Below are positions 24,474 through 28,657 of a stretch of 28,657 nt of DNA, piece by piece. The notes below the pieces were generated by a model. It made no database searches, was not told where the DNA came from, and saw only the letters and a program-made list of their open reading frames with translations. A program made the position numbers and the translations under genes. Source of the DNA: a virus. Taxonomy: Duplodnaviria > Caudoviricetes. The stretch is taken from positions 1 to 28,657 of IMG/VR virus record IMGVR_UViG_3300030207_000242. The stretch is one strand, 5' to 3'. Positions within the stretch are counted from its first letter, which is position 1. The number at the start of each line of letters is the position of its first letter.

Positions 24474-26196
24474 TCCAATCACCTCCGATTTTATATTCAC
24501 CAGTTAAAGGACATCTCATATTAAAATGTTGCCCCGCCTTTTCAATACACTCAACACCAAGTCTTCCAACATAATCTGCTTGTGATTCTTTGACTTGTAT
24601 CTGCCATTCATCATGAATGTTAGCTACAAACTTAGCATCTAGTGTATTAAGATTTATCAACTCTTGTAGAATGCACATTGCTTTTTTCATAGCAATAGCA
24701 CCACCACCTTGTAATAAAGTATTTAGTGCAGCATGTTGATGTCTTAGAGTAATCAACCTACCATCTAATCCTTTTAAGTATTTTTTCCTTGCTGCTCTGT
24801 CAACTCTGTCTTTAAGATGCTTAAATGCTGTGTTACTACTAAGAAAGCGTTCTCGCAGTTTTCTACCTGCCGACTTGCTTCCTCCAATGATTCTTCCAAT
24901 TTTTTCATCTCCAGCTCCGTATATGAGTGCATAGATGAAAGTCTTTGCCTCATCTCTTGATTTAAGTCCAGCAAGTCTTTGGTTAGCTGTGTGAATGTCT
25001 CCGTTAATAATTTCATTTATGTAGTCCTCACTAGCCATATAGTGTGCTAGTAATCTTAATTCTAATTGACTTGCATCTATACCTACAAGTTTGTACCCCT
25101 CTGGTACAGTCCAACAAGACCTGCATTCTTTTCCGTATTCAGAATAAATACTAGGAACTTGTGCCATGTTTGGATTTCTATGTGTCATTCTACCAGTAAT
25201 AGCACCAGTAGATATAACACTACCATGAACTCTATTGTCATCTTGACAAGCATCAACCCAAGACTCTACTTGTGCTGCTCTCTTTTGAATTAACAAATAT
25301 TCTGCAATAAGTTTTGCCTCATGTATGTGAGTTATTTCTTTTAATGTTCCTTCATCTACTATAGGCTGTCCTGTTGGAGTAAATCTTCTAGGTTTCCATC
25401 CGAAGTCTTTTAGATATTGACCTATTTGTTGTCTTGAACCTAAGTTAAATTCTTTTAATTGTTTTCTCATAAAAGGAGTAGTGTCATTAGTTTTTACTCT
25501 TTCATCATATTCAATATTAGTAAGTCCTGACTTAGACAATGTGCCATCTTTCTTTAATTTAGGTATAACTCTTTTTACATCTACCCACTTAGGTTTAAAG
25601 GTAGCATGTACTTCTTTTTCAATCTCTGTCTTTCTTTTATTCAATGAACTTAATAACATCATTGCTTGTTTTTCATCAAATAAAAATCCAGTCTCGTATT
25701 GCTGTTGTAATATTTTAGATGTCTGATGTTCTAAATCCACACATTCTTTTGAAAAACCTTTAGCATCTTGTTGTAATTTATGATAAACAAGTTTATTAAG
25801 TTTAGTATCTTGCACACAATATGTCATCATCTCATCACTAAAAGATGTGAAGTCGGGCTTATCTTGTTTAGCACTACCTAGTTTCCAACCCCATTTTTCT
25901 AAACTATGACCACCATCTCTGACAGGATTTAATAATCTAGAAATAACTAAAGTATCCACAATACCTTTGTGATTTGTAAGGTCTACACCTTTTAGTTTTT
26001 TGATTATAGGTAAGTCAAATCCTATTATGTTATGACCAATAATTTTATCTGCCTTTTGTAATAGTTCTATACCTTTATCTATTTCATCTGGATTATATGT
26101 ATATACTTTATCATTTTCATCTATGGCTACCATACACCATATTTCTGTTGCATCTTGATACAATCCATTTGTTTCAATATCAAAAACTAACTTCAT
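24460..26196 (-). CDS. DNA polymerase family A (T7 gp5-like) with 3'-5' exonuclease
   Basis: Exo I FDIETNG, Exo II GHNIIGFD, Exo III YCVQD, TGRMTHRNPNMAQVP, motif A DASQLELR, motif B RDEAKTFIYALIYG and motif C IHDE. ATG 26196 has a GAGG RBS. Confidence 0.97.
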   Translation of the reverse strand: MKLVFDIETNGLYQDATEIWCMVAIDENDKVYTYNPDEIDKGIELLQKADKIIGHNIIGFDLPIIKKLKGVDLTNHKGIVDTLVISRLLNPVRDGGHSLEKWGWKLGSAKQDKPDFTSFSDEMMTYCVQDTKLNKLVYHKLQQDAKGFSKECVDLEHQTSKILQQQYETGFLFDEKQAMMLLSSLNKRKTEIEKEVHATFKPKWVDVKRVIPKLKKDGTLSKSGLTNIEYDERVKTNDTTPFMRKQLKEFNLGSRQQIGQYLKDFGWKPRRFTPTGQPIVDEGTLKEITHIHEAKLIAEYLLIQKRAAQVESWVDACQDDNRVHGSVISTGAITGRMTHRNPNMAQVPSIYSEYGKECRSCWTVPEGYKLVGIDASQLELRLLAHYMASEDYINEIINGDIHTANQRLAGLKSRDEAKTFIYALIYGAGDEKIGRIIGGSKSAGRKLRERFLSSNTAFKHLKDRVDRAARKKYLKGLDGRLITLRHQHAALNTLLQGGGAIAMKKAMCILQELINLNTLDAKFVANIHDEWQIQVKESQADYVGRLGVECIEKAGQHFNMRCPLTGEYKIGGDWSETH

Positions 26197-27820
26197 CTTG
26201 TTCCTCTCTTTCAAATTCTAAATCTTCCTCAGATAATCTGCCACTATCTTTATCATAAACAAGAGCAGTAGCCATTCCTACATCACCTGTATATCTTGAT
26301 TTCAATACACGAAGTTTAGTAGTCCTTGCCTCCAGTTCATCATCAGACTGTTGATTTCTTTCTAATGCTATCACACAATCAGATAATTGACCAATACTAT
26401 TTGAACCACGAAGGTGTGAAAGAGATACTTCAATACCATTCTCATGTCCTTTGTTCCCATCCACTCTACGCAGATGAGAAACAAGAATAAGACCAGCACC
26501 TGTTTCTTCAACAAGACTTCTTAATCTTGTCATAATAGAATCAATAGCCCTTCTTTCATCACCCTCATGAACAGCACTAACCAACATATGTAAATGGTCT
26601 ACTACAACCCACTTACAATCGCATCCAACAATTAAATATCTTAACTTAGAAAAAATATCATCAATCTCATTTGTTCCAAAGTGAGCATGAATAAATACTC
26701 TATCATCTTGGAATACCTTATCGAACATCTGCATGATAGTTTCTTTGTCAAACTTATCTCGTTCTTGGTCTATGTAAAGTCTTGCGTTTGCTTCAATAGA
26801 AAGAATACCATCAACTGTTCTTTTCCAGTCTTCTTCTAATGCAATCACTCCAACATTATCTTCTGTTTGATTTATTAACCAATGCTCTAACTCTCTAGTA
26901 ACACTAGACTTACCTAGTCCTGTGCCACCTGTAAGAGTTACAAGTTCACCCTGTCTAAGTCCATATAATTTTTTATTTAATCCATTCCAAGGAAAAGGAA
27001 TACTCTCTTTTCTTTCTCTATCCAAGTATGATTTCTTTCTATCTAATACTTGAATGATACCACTTGGAGTATATACTTTTGCATCCCACCATGCTCTAGT
27101 ATATTCACTATGCTTACCCTGTTTGAGCATATCATTAGGGTCTTTGTATCCATTAGGAAGTGTTACTATCTTTGCCTTACCGGGCTTTATAATATTAGCA
27201 ACCTTCTGTGCTGCTTCCTGACCTGCCTTATCTTTATCGAAACATATTACTATATTATCAAAACTCTCGATGTATTCTAAACTTTCTTTTACATCTTTGA
27301 CTGCTGATGATGCACCTCTCTTGATAGAAACAACAGCCCACTTACTTCCTAAAAGTTCGTAGGCTGCCATTGCATCGCACTCCCCTTCAACAATAGTTAA
27401 ATACTTACCACCTTCTTTAAATAAATTTTGTCCAAACAATCCTGTTCCTGATAAAGAGCCATTAAACGCAAACCTTTTATCTTTAATAAATCTAGTCTTA
27501 GTAGCACAATGCTCGTTGTTAATGTAAAAAGGATAGAGGTGTTGTGCTAATTGTCCTGTTGAATCATATACAACTTTAACACCATACTTCTCTGCTGTCT
27601 CCTTTGATATTCCTCTGTCTGTTAGTTTTGCAAAAGTGCCTCCATGCACATTTACATTTTCTTTTTTATAGTTTTCCATTGCTGTTACATTACCCTCATA
27701 GTTAGAATAAAAATGATTACAACTAAAACATTTAGCAGAACCATCTTTGTTTACTGATACTGCATCACTACTACCACATTGCTTACATGGTAAGTGATAC
27801 TTTACAAATTTATTTTCCAT
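26180..27820 (-). CDS. DNA primase-helicase (T7 gp4-like)
   Basis: Zn finger CKQC..CFSC, TOPRIM EGECDA and CFDKD, Walker A GGTGLGKS, VVDHLH, LVSHLRR, LRGSNSIGQLSD, VLKSRYTG. Confidence 0.97.
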   Translation of the reverse strand: MENKFVKYHLPCKQCGSSDAVSVNKDGSAKCFSCNHFYSNYEGNVTAMENYKKENVNVHGGTFAKLTDRGISKETAEKYGVKVVYDSTGQLAQHLYPFYINNEHCATKTRFIKDKRFAFNGSLSGTGLFGQNLFKEGGKYLTIVEGECDAMAAYELLGSKWAVVSIKRGASSAVKDVKESLEYIESFDNIVICFDKDKAGQEAAQKVANIIKPGKAKIVTLPNGYKDPNDMLKQGKHSEYTRAWWDAKVYTPSGIIQVLDRKKSYLDRERKESIPFPWNGLNKKLYGLRQGELVTLTGGTGLGKSSVTRELEHWLINQTEDNVGVIALEEDWKRTVDGILSIEANARLYIDQERDKFDKETIMQMFDKVFQDDRVFIHAHFGTNEIDDIFSKLRYLIVGCDCKWVVVDHLHMLVSAVHEGDERRAIDSIMTRLRSLVEETGAGLILVSHLRRVDGNKGHENGIEVSLSHLRGSNSIGQLSDCVIALERNQQSDDELEARTTKLRVLKSRYTGDVGMATALVYDKDSGRLSEEDLEFEREEQDEVSF

Positions 27821-27831
27821 TTCTTTCCCTC

Positions 27832-27865
27832 AAAAAAAATGCTAGTTTTTAGAATAGAACTAGCA
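27832..27865 (-). terminator. Rho-independent terminator between the SSB unit and the primase-helicase
   Basis: On the - strand: TGCTAGTT-ctattctaaa-AACTAGCA (8-bp stem) followed by T8. The stem is only moderately GC-rich. Confidence 0.7.
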
Positions 27866-27893
27866 AACTATATAAGGAGATATATATAAATGT

Positions 27894-28142
27894 CTAACTT
27901 GATTCAGATGAATCTTCGCTATCCACTCCTTCATTCTCTACAAGTGCCTCTGAAGCAGACTTCAAGAGGGTTTCAAGACTACCTCTATGTGTTGCACTAG
28001 CAAAGGACAAAGCCTCTGTGATGACATCTAGAGTTCCTACCTTCGCAATAATTGCTTTGGCATTTAATCTAGTTTTCTCATCATTAATTTTAGAAACATC
28101 ATAATTTAATATTCCTTCTTCTGTTTGAACATTAATAATCAA
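27894..28142 (-). CDS. Hypothetical protein (82 aa, acidic tail)
   Basis: 4-nt overlap with the SSB stop and a GGAGGAG RBS within the SSB 3' end. Confidence 0.7.
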   Translation of the reverse strand: MIINVQTEEGILNYDVSKINDEKTRLNAKAIIAKVGTLDVITEALSFASATHRGSLETLLKSASEALVENEGVDSEDSSESS

Positions 28143-28576
28143 AATTCTTCTCCTCCCTCAAGTGAATCAAATTCTTCACCATCAGCAGACTTGTAACTTA
28201 CCAAGTCAATAACTTGCATTGCTTGGAAATCCAAACCTTTGAAGTCTCCAAATTTATTAGATGTTTCCCACTCGTTATATTGAACTCTAACTCGTGACCC
28301 ATTACCAACTAAAACATCAATCGGTAATTTATTTTCATCTACTAACTTGGGTGCATTTCTGACCATACCATTTGGTCCATTCACCTTTCGTTTAATAGTT
28401 ATAGCACGACCTATTTTTTCATCTCCTAATTCAATGTCTTTAACCTTGAATCCTCTAGAAACAAAATCATCTGCCACACTATCTTCTACAACCAAATCAA
28501 CAGTATATACTGGTTCAAATTTAGTATTTGGTGTAGTTACACTAGCCCAATAGGCTATTCCTTCTTGTATTGCCAT
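28139..28576 (-). CDS. Single-stranded DNA-binding protein (T7 gp2.5-like)
   Basis: GIAYWASV.TPNTKF, P.LVD, VGNGSRVRV, LDFQAMQVIDLVSY, and an acidic tail ending in Phe. RBS AAGGAGG at 28583-28589. Confidence 0.85.
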   Translation of the reverse strand: MAIQEGIAYWASVTTPNTKFEPVYTVDLVVEDSVADDFVSRGFKVKDIELGDEKIGRAITIKRKVNGPNGMVRNAPKLVDENKLPIDVLVGNGSRVRVQYNEWETSNKFGDFKGLDFQAMQVIDLVSYKSADGEEFDSLEGGEEF

Positions 28577-28613
28577 ATTATCCCTCCTTCGGTTTGGCTT
28601 TTACGCAAAGCGT

Positions 28614-28643
28614 ATTATACACTCTCACTACTCAACCTGTCAA
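28614..28643 (-). promoter_or_regulatory. Consensus sigma70 promoter for the replication arm
   Basis: On the - strand: TTGACA (28643-28638), 18-nt spacer, TATAAT (28619-28614), 37 nt upstream of the SSB ATG. Confidence 0.88.
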
Positions 28644-28657
28644 GTGTGTCCAAGTCA

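Noticed and set aside
24460-26196. DnaJ-type zinc-finger insertion (HMO-2011-type polymerase), intein or intron in the polymerase
   Set aside because: No CxxCxGxG repeats or intein motifs, and the ORF is compact and continuous.
20241-28553. Short + strand or alternative-frame ORFs within the replication arm (e.g. 20241, 20967, 21187, 21506, 21978, 22679, 23645, 24774, 25066, 25481, 27050, 28347)
   Set aside because: They overlap strongly conserved genes almost completely and lack recognisable features.

Overview
An AT-rich segment of a tailed dsDNA phage genome with a T7-like replication module. It is most likely a marine podovirus (inference from gene content and composition). No host housekeeping genes, integrase, tRNA, rRNA or CRISPR array were seen. 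The window has two convergent arms. The + arm (1-19031) is an almost gap-free run of overlapping or coupled genes. It begins with a 5'-truncated PLOD-like glycosyltransferase/2OG-Fe(II) hydroxylase, followed by several large putative internal-virion/DNA-ejection proteins, a T4-type lysozyme and a holin-like gene. Directly coupled to the lysis genes is a module of a small membrane protein, CsgF, CsgG, a curlin-repeat secreted protein, a FecR-domain protein and a CHASE2 membrane class III adenylate cyclase. The - arm (19145-28576) starts at a consensus sigma70 promoter and encodes SSB, primase-helicase, a family A DNA polymerase (Tyr762 type), two PD-(D/E)xK-like nucleases, a 2OG-Fe(II) oxygenase and class Ia ribonucleotide reductase (nrdA, nrdB). 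The standout candidate for a new system is the curli-pore/curlin/FecR/CHASE2-cyclase cassette, which looks like a phage-encoded trans-envelope secretion plus cAMP signalling device. All family calls come from motif recognition by eye; no database searches were run.
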